Virus record (IMG/VR): IMGVR_UViG_3300037137_001341
Span: 1 to 64,000 of that record
Source of the DNA: a virus
Direction: 5' to 3' (one strand)
Length of the DNA: 64,000 nt
Positions 9,493-17,497 of this stretch are shown in pieces; position 1 is the first letter of the stretch, and each line of letters begins with the position of its first letter. The notes under the pieces are model-generated. The model made no database searches, had not been told where the DNA came from, and saw only the letters and a program-made list of their open reading frames with translations. The position numbers and the translations under genes are program-made.

Positions 9493-10071
9493 ATGAGCAC
9501 GGCACCGTACGTTCTGGGCGGCATCGCTGGTTTGGCGCTCGTGAAGGCGCTGTTTCGGCCGTACAGGGCCGTCGTGCGTGAGGGCGGCGTGGCAGCATGT
9601 CCCGGACCCAACCGGTACAAGGTCTGCGATCCGAGCCTCGCCATCGACGCCCCCGCGGGGACGGCCGTCTTCGCGACGGCGGGGGGCAGGATCGCCGTCA
9701 TCGGGGACCGGTTCCTGCACATCGCGACCCACGACGAGCCCGTGGTGCTGATGTACGACGGCGTCGTGCCCTCCGTGCAGGAGGGGCAGTACGTGGGCCG
9801 TGGTCAGCAGATCGGCCAGTCCATGGGCCGCGTGTACTTCAGCGTCACGCAGTTCACGCCCGGTAGCGGGATCTTGAGGATCGACCCATCTTCGTGGCTC
9901 GCGTCGCGTGGACAGAAGATCGCGGCGAGGTACACGGGGGCCGGGTCGGAGTGGTGCGAGCAGGGGAGGAACATCGCGGTTCCGGCGGGCGCTGGCACCC
10001 CCTGCAGCCTGTACGAGCCCGAGAAGAGCGGCTTCGCGCTCTTGCCGGTGACCGTCAGCGTGGAGCGATAG
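9493..10071 (+). CDS. Membrane-anchored LytM/M23-fold protein, probably catalytically degenerate
   Basis: IDAPAGTAVFATAGGRI, VQEGQYVGRGQQIG, IDP; HxH motif absent; N-terminal TM. Confidence 0.65.
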   Translation: MSTAPYVLGGIAGLALVKALFRPYRAVVREGGVAACPGPNRYKVCDPSLAIDAPAGTAVFATAGGRIAVIGDRFLHIATHDEPVVLMYDGVVPSVQEGQYVGRGQQIGQSMGRVYFSVTQFTPGSGILRIDPSSWLASRGQKIAARYTGAGSEWCEQGRNIAVPAGAGTPCSLYEPEKSGFALLPVTVSVER

Positions 10072-10105
10072 GCACGTATCGCGGTACGGAACATAGGAAG
10101 AACAC

Positions 10106-11212
10106 ATGTCAAACTACGGCGCAGTAAAGATCAATTCCGCAGCCTCGCTCATCACCAAGGTCGTACAGAGCGCTGAAGCGCCGGACCTGCAGGACAAGGT
10201 CACGGCGGCCATCGCTGCGATTCCGGCGACACACGCAGTCATCGGGATCACGCTCGCCGGAGCGGGCGACGGGCACACGTTCACGGTCACGATCGAGGCC
10301 GGGAAGATCACGGACCTGATCTCGGGCGGCTTCACCGCCGCGCCTCCGACGGTCAGCTGCTACCTCGCCAGCGACGCGGAGCAGCTGGCGATTGTCGAGG
10401 CAACGGCGACGCCGACGTCAGGGATCGTGTCGGACGTGCAGGTCGCGGGCTCGTCGAAGGGCACGCGCTTCATGGGGTTGATCACGCAGGGCGCCATCTC
10501 CACTGGCGGCATCGAGGATCACAAGGTCATCGTCGACATGGCCGACGGGACACCGGACTTCCTGTTCCCGAAGCTCAAAGCTGGGCCAGGCATCACGCTC
10601 GCCGTCGTGGGCCCGGTGGCCAACGAGCAGGTCGAGATCAGCGCGCCATCAACCGAGGATCACAAGGTTCTCGTGGACGGCGCCGACACGACACCGGACT
10701 TCCTGTTCCCGAAGCTCGTCGCGGGAACGGGCATCGTGCTCGCCGTAGTGGGCGCCGGGAACGAGCAGGTCGAGATCAAGAGCACGGACAAGACCTACTA
10801 CGCCGACAACGGGTCCATGGACATCGCCATTCCTCTGGCGCCTCCGGGCACGGCCGTAACGGTCGTGTCCGTGCCGGGCGTGGTCGTAGCGGCAGGACAG
10901 AAGCTCATCATCCACGCGAGCGCGTATTTCTCCGCCATCACCGGCGGCACCGGTCCTATTTTCTTCGCGGTCTTCGCCAGTTCTGGGGGACCTGACGTGC
11001 CCATCGACGGCGTCGGGCAAACGGCTACTGCCGGCGCTCAGGAAGTAATCACGCGCGTATTCGCGGATCTCGCCCCTGCTGCCGGAACGTACACAATCAA
11101 GATCAAGGCCAACGTCGCCGCAGGGCTTACCGGCGCTACGGTCGTCGGTACGCCTCCAGGAACAGGACTGTTCCCAGGCGGCCGGTTGACCGTGCAAGTT
11201 CTCGGCGCGTGA
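10106..11212 (+). CDS. Spike/fibre-like protein with N-terminal GDGHTF-family domain
   Basis: AGAGDGHTF...AGSSKGTRFMG, two copies of DHKV.VD.AD.TPDFLFPKL.AG.GI, beta-rich C-terminal domain. Confidence 0.7.
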   Translation: MSNYGAVKINSAASLITKVVQSAEAPDLQDKVTAAIAAIPATHAVIGITLAGAGDGHTFTVTIEAGKITDLISGGFTAAPPTVSCYLASDAEQLAIVEATATPTSGIVSDVQVAGSSKGTRFMGLITQGAISTGGIEDHKVIVDMADGTPDFLFPKLKAGPGITLAVVGPVANEQVEISAPSTEDHKVLVDGADTTPDFLFPKLVAGTGIVLAVVGAGNEQVEIKSTDKTYYADNGSMDIAIPLAPPGTAVTVVSVPGVVVAAGQKLIIHASAYFSAITGGTGPIFFAVFASSGGPDVPIDGVGQTATAGAQEVITRVFADLAPAAGTYTIKIKANVAAGLTGATVVGTPPGTGLFPGGRLTVQVLGA

Positions 11213-11889
11213 TGCACCCGTTCGATCCGCAGTGGAAGTTCGTGCAGTCCACGAACTTTCAGCGGGTCGACCCCGCGAAGCCCCGCGCTGTGACGCTCCT
11301 CGTGTGTCACTCGATGGAAGCGCCCGACAAGCCGAACACCGCGGAGAACGTAGCTGCCTGGTTCGCGAGCGAGAAGTCGCCAGAGGCGTCGGCACATGCC
11401 TGCGTGGATTCGGACTCGATCGTGACGTGCGTGATGCCGCAGGACATCTCGTGGTCGTGCTCGGGCGGCAACTGGCTCTCGTACGGCGTCGAGTTCGCCG
11501 GCTACGCCAAGTGGCTCGACGCCGACTGGGAGTCGGATACGAACATGGCCATGCTGAAGCTCGGCGCGGCGCACATGGCGAAGGCCGCAGCGTACTTCGG
11601 CATCCCAGCACAGATCCCCAGCGAGGCGGAGGTCGCCGAGTGCCTCCGGGACGCCTGCATCCGGCAGGGCAAGCTCAAGGGGGAGCTATCCGGGAACGTG
11701 GGCGGCGTCACGACACATGCCGTCGTGAACGCGGCCTGGAAGAACTGGGCGAAGTACGGGCTGCCGCAGCCTGGGCCGAAGGTAGACCTGTCACATACAG
11801 ATCCAGGGAAAGGCTTCCCGCTCGACGCGCTCGTCGAGATGATGCAGCCGTCCATGGTAGACACGGAACCCCCACCGGAGGCAGCATAG
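11212..11889 (+). CDS. N-acetylmuramoyl-L-alanine amidase (Amidase_2)
   Basis: LVCHSME, SAHACVD, GVEFAG, TTH, HTDPG zinc/catalytic motifs. Confidence 0.85.
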   Translation: MHPFDPQWKFVQSTNFQRVDPAKPRAVTLLVCHSMEAPDKPNTAENVAAWFASEKSPEASAHACVDSDSIVTCVMPQDISWSCSGGNWLSYGVEFAGYAKWLDADWESDTNMAMLKLGAAHMAKAAAYFGIPAQIPSEAEVAECLRDACIRQGKLKGELSGNVGGVTTHAVVNAAWKNWAKYGLPQPGPKVDLSHTDPGKGFPLDALVEMMQPSMVDTEPPPEAA

Positions 11890-11893
11890 GCAC

Positions 11894-12409
11894 ATGTCGA
11901 TCAGCACGTTCGTTCTCTCCCCACCGGGCTTCAACCAGAACACGATCACCCGCTTCGTGCAGTCCTCCGAGCCGGGTGACATCGAGGCCGGCATCGAGGC
12001 CGCGGTCGCCGAGATCGTTGCGTTGAACAACAACACTATCACGCCCGTGAACGACAAGTACGGCATCGCCGCGCTGGATCTCGCTGGCGGCGGCGACGGG
12101 CACACGTTCGTTGTGCAGATCACGTTCACGACGAACCTAGCGAACACGCTCTACTCGCTGGTCTACGGGACGCCGCCATCGACGCTGCTCGATCAGGGAG
12201 GGAACCCCCCGCAGCCGTTTCATGCCGGTGCGTACCTCGCGTCCGAGGAGGAGGCGCTCGCCATCGCGCAGCAGGCGACGTACGACCGGCTCCGGGCGCT
12301 CGATCCGGCTCCGGGCAAGCGGTTCACGGTGTTCGGCAACGCCTTCGCTGGCGCGGCGAAAGGCACCCGCTTCATGGGTGTCGTGATCGGCTTCTCGGGG
12401 AGCGTCTGA
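11894..12409 (+). CDS. Stand-alone GDGHTF-family paralog
   Basis: LAGGGDGHTF...AGAAKGTRFMG. Confidence 0.75.
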   Translation: MSISTFVLSPPGFNQNTITRFVQSSEPGDIEAGIEAAVAEIVALNNNTITPVNDKYGIAALDLAGGGDGHTFVVQITFTTNLANTLYSLVYGTPPSTLLDQGGNPPQPFHAGAYLASEEEALAIAQQATYDRLRALDPAPGKRFTVFGNAFAGAAKGTRFMGVVIGFSGSV

Positions 12410-12411
12410 AC

Positions 12412-12906
12412 ATGCCGACGACGAGGGGGGCCACCAAGGCGGACGCGAGGTACTACGTCTTCGAGATGTCGGTACGTGATCGGAGGCAGCCTCTCCGGCA
12501 GGTGAACAAGTCGCCGCTGCCGCTGGAGAAGGCGAAGCAGCTTGCCCGCATCGGCGCTCAGAAGGGCAAGCACGACCGGGCGGTGACGACGAGCCCGACG
12601 TCGCCACGCGGCTTCAAGATCGTGGCGCAGTACGCTGCTGGGGTCGGCAAGGACGTGGCCATCATGTACCGACGCGGCTCCGGTGGCGGCGCGAGGCGCA
12701 AGAAGGTCACGCGGAACGCGGCGGAGCCTGCGATGGAGCCGAACGCGCCGGAGCCGCGCACCGAGAGCCTGGTCGTGCAGCCGCGCGCCCGCGAGGTCGA
12801 GGTCACTGAGGCGCCGTGGCAGGCGCGGATGGAGCCGAACGAGCCGGCACATGACGAGCTTCCCTACGAAGACGAGGACGGTTCTCCGCTCGTCGATACG
12901 GATTGA
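12412..12906 (+). CDS. Basic N-domain/acidic tail protein with RNA/EPN motifs
   Basis: VTRNAA, MEPNAP and MEPNEP in the tail. Confidence 0.6.
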   Translation: MPTTRGATKADARYYVFEMSVRDRRQPLRQVNKSPLPLEKAKQLARIGAQKGKHDRAVTTSPTSPRGFKIVAQYAAGVGKDVAIMYRRGSGGGARRKKVTRNAAEPAMEPNAPEPRTESLVVQPRAREVEVTEAPWQARMEPNEPAHDELPYEDEDGSPLVDTD

Positions 12907-13418
12907 TCGTGGCAAAGGGCCTCACGCCCTGGATGGAGCAGAAGGTCGCCGACCTTCTCGCGTACGGCAGAAGCATCGGCATCAACGCTCGCGTCTCTGA
13001 AGGCTTCAGGACGTGCGCCCGGCAGAACGCCATCTACGCGGGCGGGACCAGCACCGCGACGGGCGTGAGCGGGTGCCATTCCTGGCACGTCTGGGGCCGC
13101 GCCGCGGACCTGCTCATCGACGGCGGTACCCGCGCCGACTACGCCGCCCTGGCGGCCGAGTGGAAGCGCTGGGGCGGGATCTGGGGAGGGGACTGGGTCT
13201 CCCCCGCGGACGACATCGGGCACTTCGAGTGGCACCCGGACATCCCGGACATCCACGACCTGTGCCCCCGCGGGGCGGGCGCGGAGGCATGTCCTGACCC
13301 GAGCGTGCCCTGGCCCGAGGACCGGCCGCTGCTGGAGAGGCCCGGTGTGAAGCTCGCGGGGGGCCTGATCCTGGCCGGTGGCGGCTTGGCTCTGGCATAT
13401 GTTCTGGCGAGACGGTAG
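12903..13418 (+). CDS. M15 family L-Ala-D-Glu peptidase with C-terminal membrane anchor
   Basis: EGFRT..RQ, SWHVWGRAAD, WGGDW, DIGHFE; C-terminal TM followed by RR. Confidence 0.85.
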   Translation: MIVAKGLTPWMEQKVADLLAYGRSIGINARVSEGFRTCARQNAIYAGGTSTATGVSGCHSWHVWGRAADLLIDGGTRADYAALAAEWKRWGGIWGGDWVSPADDIGHFEWHPDIPDIHDLCPRGAGAEACPDPSVPWPEDRPLLERPGVKLAGGLILAGGGLALAYVLARR

Positions 13419-13508
13419 GCTGGGGCCTGTCCTGCCGCGCCTCTGCCGGTGGGAGTCTCGTCTCGGTTGCCCGCGCCTCTCGCCGGGCAGGAAAAGGAAG
13501 CCACAGCT

Positions 13509-14087
13509 ATGACCATCTCGCTCATCAACTACAACGTCGGCCAGACCGGCCGCGGCATCCCCGACTACCTCGTTCGCCAGATCCAGGCGGGCGATGCAGA
13601 GACGATGGAAGCGAAGGCTGCTGCGGACAGCGCTGCCGTCTTCGCACTCAACGGGCCGTTGTCCACGGACGACCAGTGGACGCCGGCCGATGCGAACCTC
13701 GCCGGTGGCGGCGACGGGCACACGTTCGTGTTCACGGTGACGTACGTCCGGCGCAAGCTGAACACCGCGGTCCCGCGGCTCGCGGCGTTCGTTGGCAACC
13801 TGCTGAGCCACGCGAACAACGCGGGGTCGCTCGACTACCCGCTGCCGCCCGCCACGAACGTGCTCATCACCCCAACCTTCGTCCCCGGCCCCGAGTACTT
13901 CGTCTCGAAGTTCTGCCTCGCGTCCGCAGAGCAAGAGATCGCGGGCGCGTTCAACGACATGGTCGTCCGCGCGATTGCCGCCACGGACAACGACAACGCA
14001 CCATCCTTCTGGCAGCAGCTGGCGGGCGCCGCGAAGGGCACTCGCTTCATGGGCGGCGTCACCGTCTTCAAGTTCCCGAACGGCTGA
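13509..14087 (+). CDS. Stand-alone GDGHTF-family paralog
   Basis: LAGGGDGHTF...AGAAKGTRFMG; AAGGAAG SD. Confidence 0.75.
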   Translation: MTISLINYNVGQTGRGIPDYLVRQIQAGDAETMEAKAAADSAAVFALNGPLSTDDQWTPADANLAGGGDGHTFVFTVTYVRRKLNTAVPRLAAFVGNLLSHANNAGSLDYPLPPATNVLITPTFVPGPEYFVSKFCLASAEQEIAGAFNDMVVRAIAATDNDNAPSFWQQLAGAAKGTRFMGGVTVFKFPNG

Positions 14088-14100
14088 AAGGCTCACGCAC

Positions 14101-14547
14101 ATGTTCCTCAATGACCCACTGGTTCCAACCGGCGGCATCCTCCTCTACGAGTACATCCAGTCGGCCGATGCCACTGGCATGGAGGCCGCGTTCACGGCAG
14201 CCATCGCTGCCATCGTCGCGGCGAACGCGAAGCCGCTGGCGCCGCAGCTGAATGTGGTCGACGTCGACATCGCCGGTGGCGGCGACGGCCACACGTTCGT
14301 GGTCCGCTTCCTGCTGAGCACGGCGCCGGCCGCACTCAGCTGGACTCCGACGGTTCTCCCGAAAGTCCGCGGTCGCTTCTGGATGGGCTCCGACGCGGAA
14401 GCGCTGGAGGCCTATCAGGAGGCGGCGATTGCGTCGCTCCGCAGCGGCACGACCCAGATCGACAAGATCGCGGTCGGCCTCGCTGGCGCGGCCAAGGGCA
14501 CCCGCTTCATGGCGTTCATCGCGGCAGAGGCCGTCCTCCCCACGTAG
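14101..14547 (+). CDS. Stand-alone GDGHTF-family paralog
   Basis: IAGGGDGHTF...AGAAKGTRFMA. Confidence 0.75.
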   Translation: MFLNDPLVPTGGILLYEYIQSADATGMEAAFTAAIAAIVAANAKPLAPQLNVVDVDIAGGGDGHTFVVRFLLSTAPAALSWTPTVLPKVRGRFWMGSDAEALEAYQEAAIASLRSGTTQIDKIAVGLAGAAKGTRFMAFIAAEAVLPT

Positions 14548-14554
14548 CGGTTAG

Positions 14555-14622
14555 GCACCGCCTGCCTCGCGCTACGCGCCCGAGAGGGGGTAACGGGCGG
14601 GCTGCACAGAAGCAGGCGGTGC
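14555..14622. terminator. Nested inverted repeat between convergent genes
   Basis: GCACCGCCTGC/GCAGGCGGTGC 11-bp stem enclosing CGCCCG/CGGGCG; no U-tract. Confidence 0.45.
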
Positions 14623-14634
14623 ACCCTCACTCTA

Positions 14635-14967
14635 CTACAACAGGCGCAGCGAGAGCCATACGGTCCGCCCATGTAGGCGGGCAAGCTCCTTGACGTACCT
14701 GCCGTCCTTCGGCGCGGAGGACAGCGGCAGGATGAACTCCCGGCCGTACAGGTGCTCCTGGAGCATGAGCGCCTCGGCCTCGGGATGCAGGGCTGTCACG
14801 CGGCACCGGATCCCGACGACCTCCTGCGCCTGACGCTTCCGCCGCGCTGACCGCATCGCGCGAGGGCGTACACGGAGGAGCAGCACATGGTCGGCCGGCT
14901 TCTTCTTCGGCTTGGCCTTGCGGCGCTTCACCGTCTTCGCTGGCGCCTTCCGTCGCGTCGCCGTCAC
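14635..14967 (-). CDS. Basic hypothetical protein
   Basis: Lys/Arg-rich N-terminus; overlaps the stop of the upstream gene. Confidence 0.55.
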   Translation of the reverse strand: MTATRRKAPAKTVKRRKAKPKKKPADHVLLLRVRPRAMRSARRKRQAQEVVGIRCRVTALHPEAEALMLQEHLYGREFILPLSSAPKDGRYVKELARLHGRTVWLSLRLL

Positions 14968-15176
14968 GGACGCTTCTCTTTGGCCCGCTCGATGAGCGCG
15001 ATCACGGTGCCCTGGATCGTGCCCCGTTCCCCTGCCGAAATCTGCGTCGCGGTCATGCGCCGGAGCTTCTTGTACAAGTCGGGAGGGATCCGCAGGAACA
15101 TGCCCCTGCGGCCTCGTGACATGCCGGGGGTGGACGCGGTGGACTTCTTCTTGGTGGCGCTGGCTTGTGAAGGCAC
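14964..15176 (-). CDS. Ribbon-helix-helix (Arc-like) DNA-binding protein
   Basis: GMFLRIPPDLYKKLRR...TIQGTVIALIE; probable GTG start 7 nt below TG-C-TAGCCT. Confidence 0.6.
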   Translation of the reverse strand: MPSQASATKKKSTASTPGMSRGRRGMFLRIPPDLYKKLRRMTATQISAGERGTIQGTVIALIERAKEKRP

Positions 15177-15184
15177 GAGCCGGA

Positions 15185-15210
15185 GGCTAGCATTGCTATC
15201 CGAGCTAGCC
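15185..15210. promoter_or_regulatory. 26-bp operator-like element GGCTAGCATTGCTA-N4-AGCTAGCC, copy 1
   Basis: 22/26 identical to 58847-58872; terminal inverted repeat; overlaps the -10 of the RHH gene. Confidence 0.65.
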
Positions 15211-15217
15211 AATAGGC

Positions 15218-15514
15218 TCATGTCTTGTCGTCATCCTTGTAGAGCCGCGGCTCTACCCTGGCAATCGAGTGCGACGATTGGCTCTTGACAGGAAGCCCCT
15301 GTACAGGGGTCTTGTCCGGGTCGGAGGTGAGTCGGGCCGTGAGGCGCATCCTGGCGATACGCATGTCCAGCTGGACCTGTGGCAGCGCCTCGACGGCTTC
15401 GCGAAGCTCTTCGAGCTTCGCCAGGATGCCGCCGCGATCGAGCTTCGTCAGAAGCTCCTCGGCCTTCTGCAGAGCATCGACGGCGTCCTTGATCTCTTTG
15501 TCGGTGTCGCTCAC
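15218..15514 (-). CDS. Coiled-coil hypothetical protein
   Basis: GGGAGG SD, helical heptads. Confidence 0.6.
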   Translation of the reverse strand: MSDTDKEIKDAVDALQKAEELLTKLDRGGILAKLEELREAVEALPQVQLDMRIARMRLTARLTSDPDKTPVQGLPVKSQSSHSIARVEPRLYKDDDKT

Positions 15515-15526
15515 GGGGCCCTCCCG

Positions 15527-16096
15527 TCATGTGAGCCACTGCCAGATCGCTCCTGCCCATCCTGCGTAGCCCGCTGCGTTCGGGTGCAGGTGGTCCGGCG
15601 AGCGAGGGATCTCCAGGTTCTCGCTCTCGAAGTAGTACGGCACGTTCGCCCGGATCATGTCCGCCACGCCCTGGCGAGGAAACGGGAGAGCCGGCGGCCC
15701 GATCCAGACGATCTCGGCGCCGGTCGCGTGCAGCTTGTCGAGGAGCCTCGCGAGGTGCGGCGCCTCCCGGTCCACGGCGCCGGGGGATGTGGCCTCGTCG
15801 TTGGTCCCGAGCGAGACCAGGATCATGTTCGGCTGGAACGCCACCAGCGTCTCGTCGAGCCAGAGGTCTGTGTCCCACTGGTTGATCCGGGTGCCGACGA
15901 TCCCCTTGCCGACATATGCCTCGACGCCGGCCTCGGCCGCTAGCTGCTTGAACTGCGGGTTCAGGCCGACCGCCAGGCTGTCCCCGAACAGCAAGAGCCG
16001 GGTCTTGCTCGTGATCTTGGGCCGCCGCGTCGCGAGGGCGGCGAGCCCGACACCGGACGCGATCAGGAGTCCCCCCAGGAGCCACCGCTTGTCCAT
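15527..16096 (-). CDS. SGNH/GDSL hydrolase with N-terminal membrane anchor
   Basis: GDSL, G, GTND and DHLHP blocks. Confidence 0.85.
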   Translation of the reverse strand: MDKRWLLGGLLIASGVGLAALATRRPKITSKTRLLLFGDSLAVGLNPQFKQLAAEAGVEAYVGKGIVGTRINQWDTDLWLDETLVAFQPNMILVSLGTNDEATSPGAVDREAPHLARLLDKLHATGAEIVWIGPPALPFPRQGVADMIRANVPYYFESENLEIPRSPDHLHPNAAGYAGWAGAIWQWLT

Positions 16097-16144
16097 CGAC
16101 CCGGGATGGTAGCACGTGGGGACATGTTCTAGAATCCGGCCAGG

Positions 16145-16804
16145 ATGGCCTTCTCGAACGCCTGCGGCGGCCTGCGGTGGGACATGCAGGCGGACGGCCT
16201 CATCGCCGTGGAGGGCCAGGGCACCCCCGCGTTCGAGCCGGGGAGCATCCACTACAGGCAGATGGAGCAGACCTGGGCGAACTGGTCCGGGCTGATCCTG
16301 GACGCCGCAAGCGCGCACAAGGTCCCCCCGTCATGGATCCTCGCGGTGATGACCGAGGAGACGGGGCTCTGGAGCCCGAACGCGGAGGAGCAGGCGTCGA
16401 AGGTGTCGGGGGCGGGCGCTCGGGGGCTCATGCAGATCATGCCGGCGACAGCGCGCGGCTTCGGCGCGGACCCGGACCAGATGTACGACCCCGCGGCGAA
16501 CATCGAGGTAGGGGCCGCGCTGCTAGCCAAGCTAGCCAAGCTCCGGGACGGCCAGCTGCCGGAGATGGCGGCGGCCTACAATTCTGGAAGCGTCTGCTCG
16601 CCCGGTCGGAATCAGTGGAACCTCGCGATGGCCGACGACTACGCGGGGAATGTGATCCGGTGGAACAACGCTGCCGTCATGTACCTGGACATGAGCCCGC
16701 GACGGGGGAAGATGCTAGCCGGGCTAGCCATCGGTGCTGCGGGGCTGTACGCTGCTGCGGTGATCGCTGGGTTCGCGATGATGCCGAGGTGGTTGAGGCG
16801 ATGA
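16145..16804 (+). CDS. SLT lytic transglycosylase with C-terminal membrane anchor
   Basis: AVMTEET, GARGLMQIMPAT, AAYNSG; C-terminal TM followed by RR. Confidence 0.9.
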   Translation: MAFSNACGGLRWDMQADGLIAVEGQGTPAFEPGSIHYRQMEQTWANWSGLILDAASAHKVPPSWILAVMTEETGLWSPNAEEQASKVSGAGARGLMQIMPATARGFGADPDQMYDPAANIEVGAALLAKLAKLRDGQLPEMAAAYNSGSVCSPGRNQWNLAMADDYAGNVIRWNNAAVMYLDMSPRRGKMLAGLAIGAAGLYAAAVIAGFAMMPRWLRR

Positions 16805-17496
16805 GCCGCATCCCGGTTCTGCGCAAGCGCTGCGTGTTCCACGTGGGCGATCCGACTGCCCCGCCGAGTCGCGCTGACTCCTCGTACGAAGGCCCTGGCC
16901 TGTCCGTCTCGGAGCACCCGGAGGAGTGGTCTCAGATCGCGCGCCTTGGCGGTTACGAAACGCACGCACTACGTCGCCTTGATGGGAAGCCGGGCGTGTT
17001 CGTGGACATGCTCCGCGGGCGGTCCCGTCGTCGGGGTCAGACTGGACTCGTGCTACCTGGGAAGCGCCCCAGCTGGCGCGAGACGCTGGAGAACTACGCC
17101 GTGAATGAGGGACTCCTGGTCCCGGCCAAGAGGTACGTCGCTAGGTGGTACGACGAGGAACTGGATCAGACCGTGGACATGTTGTTCACTGACCTTGCCG
17201 AAGCACAGAAGGAGGCAGACCTGGACGGAGACAGGGAAGGGGCCGTGCTGGAGCGCGCGGTGCTGGTCGCCACGGACGAGTTACGGAAGCTGCACTGGGG
17301 GCACCGCTTCTCCGGGCAACTGGATGACTCCCTGGCGGCCGACATCGCCGTCCTGTACCTCCTGAGCCTGGACGAAGCCTACGACGGCGCGTGGTGGAAC
17401 GAGGATCTAGCGCCGGAGATTTACTCCGCGCCTCGCGGAGTGATCTTCGAGAGCAAGCTGGCAGAGTGGGACATCGAGCGCGGAGGAGAGTGCTGA
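16801..17496 (+). CDS. Hypothetical protein (weak ADP-ribosyltransferase-like motifs)
   Basis: ATGA overlap; FHVG...GLSVS. Confidence 0.55.
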   Translation: MSRIPVLRKRCVFHVGDPTAPPSRADSSYEGPGLSVSEHPEEWSQIARLGGYETHALRRLDGKPGVFVDMLRGRSRRRGQTGLVLPGKRPSWRETLENYAVNEGLLVPAKRYVARWYDEELDQTVDMLFTDLAEAQKEADLDGDREGAVLERAVLVATDELRKLHWGHRFSGQLDDSLAADIAVLYLLSLDEAYDGAWWNEDLAPEIYSAPRGVIFESKLAEWDIERGGEC

Positions 17497-17497
17497 C

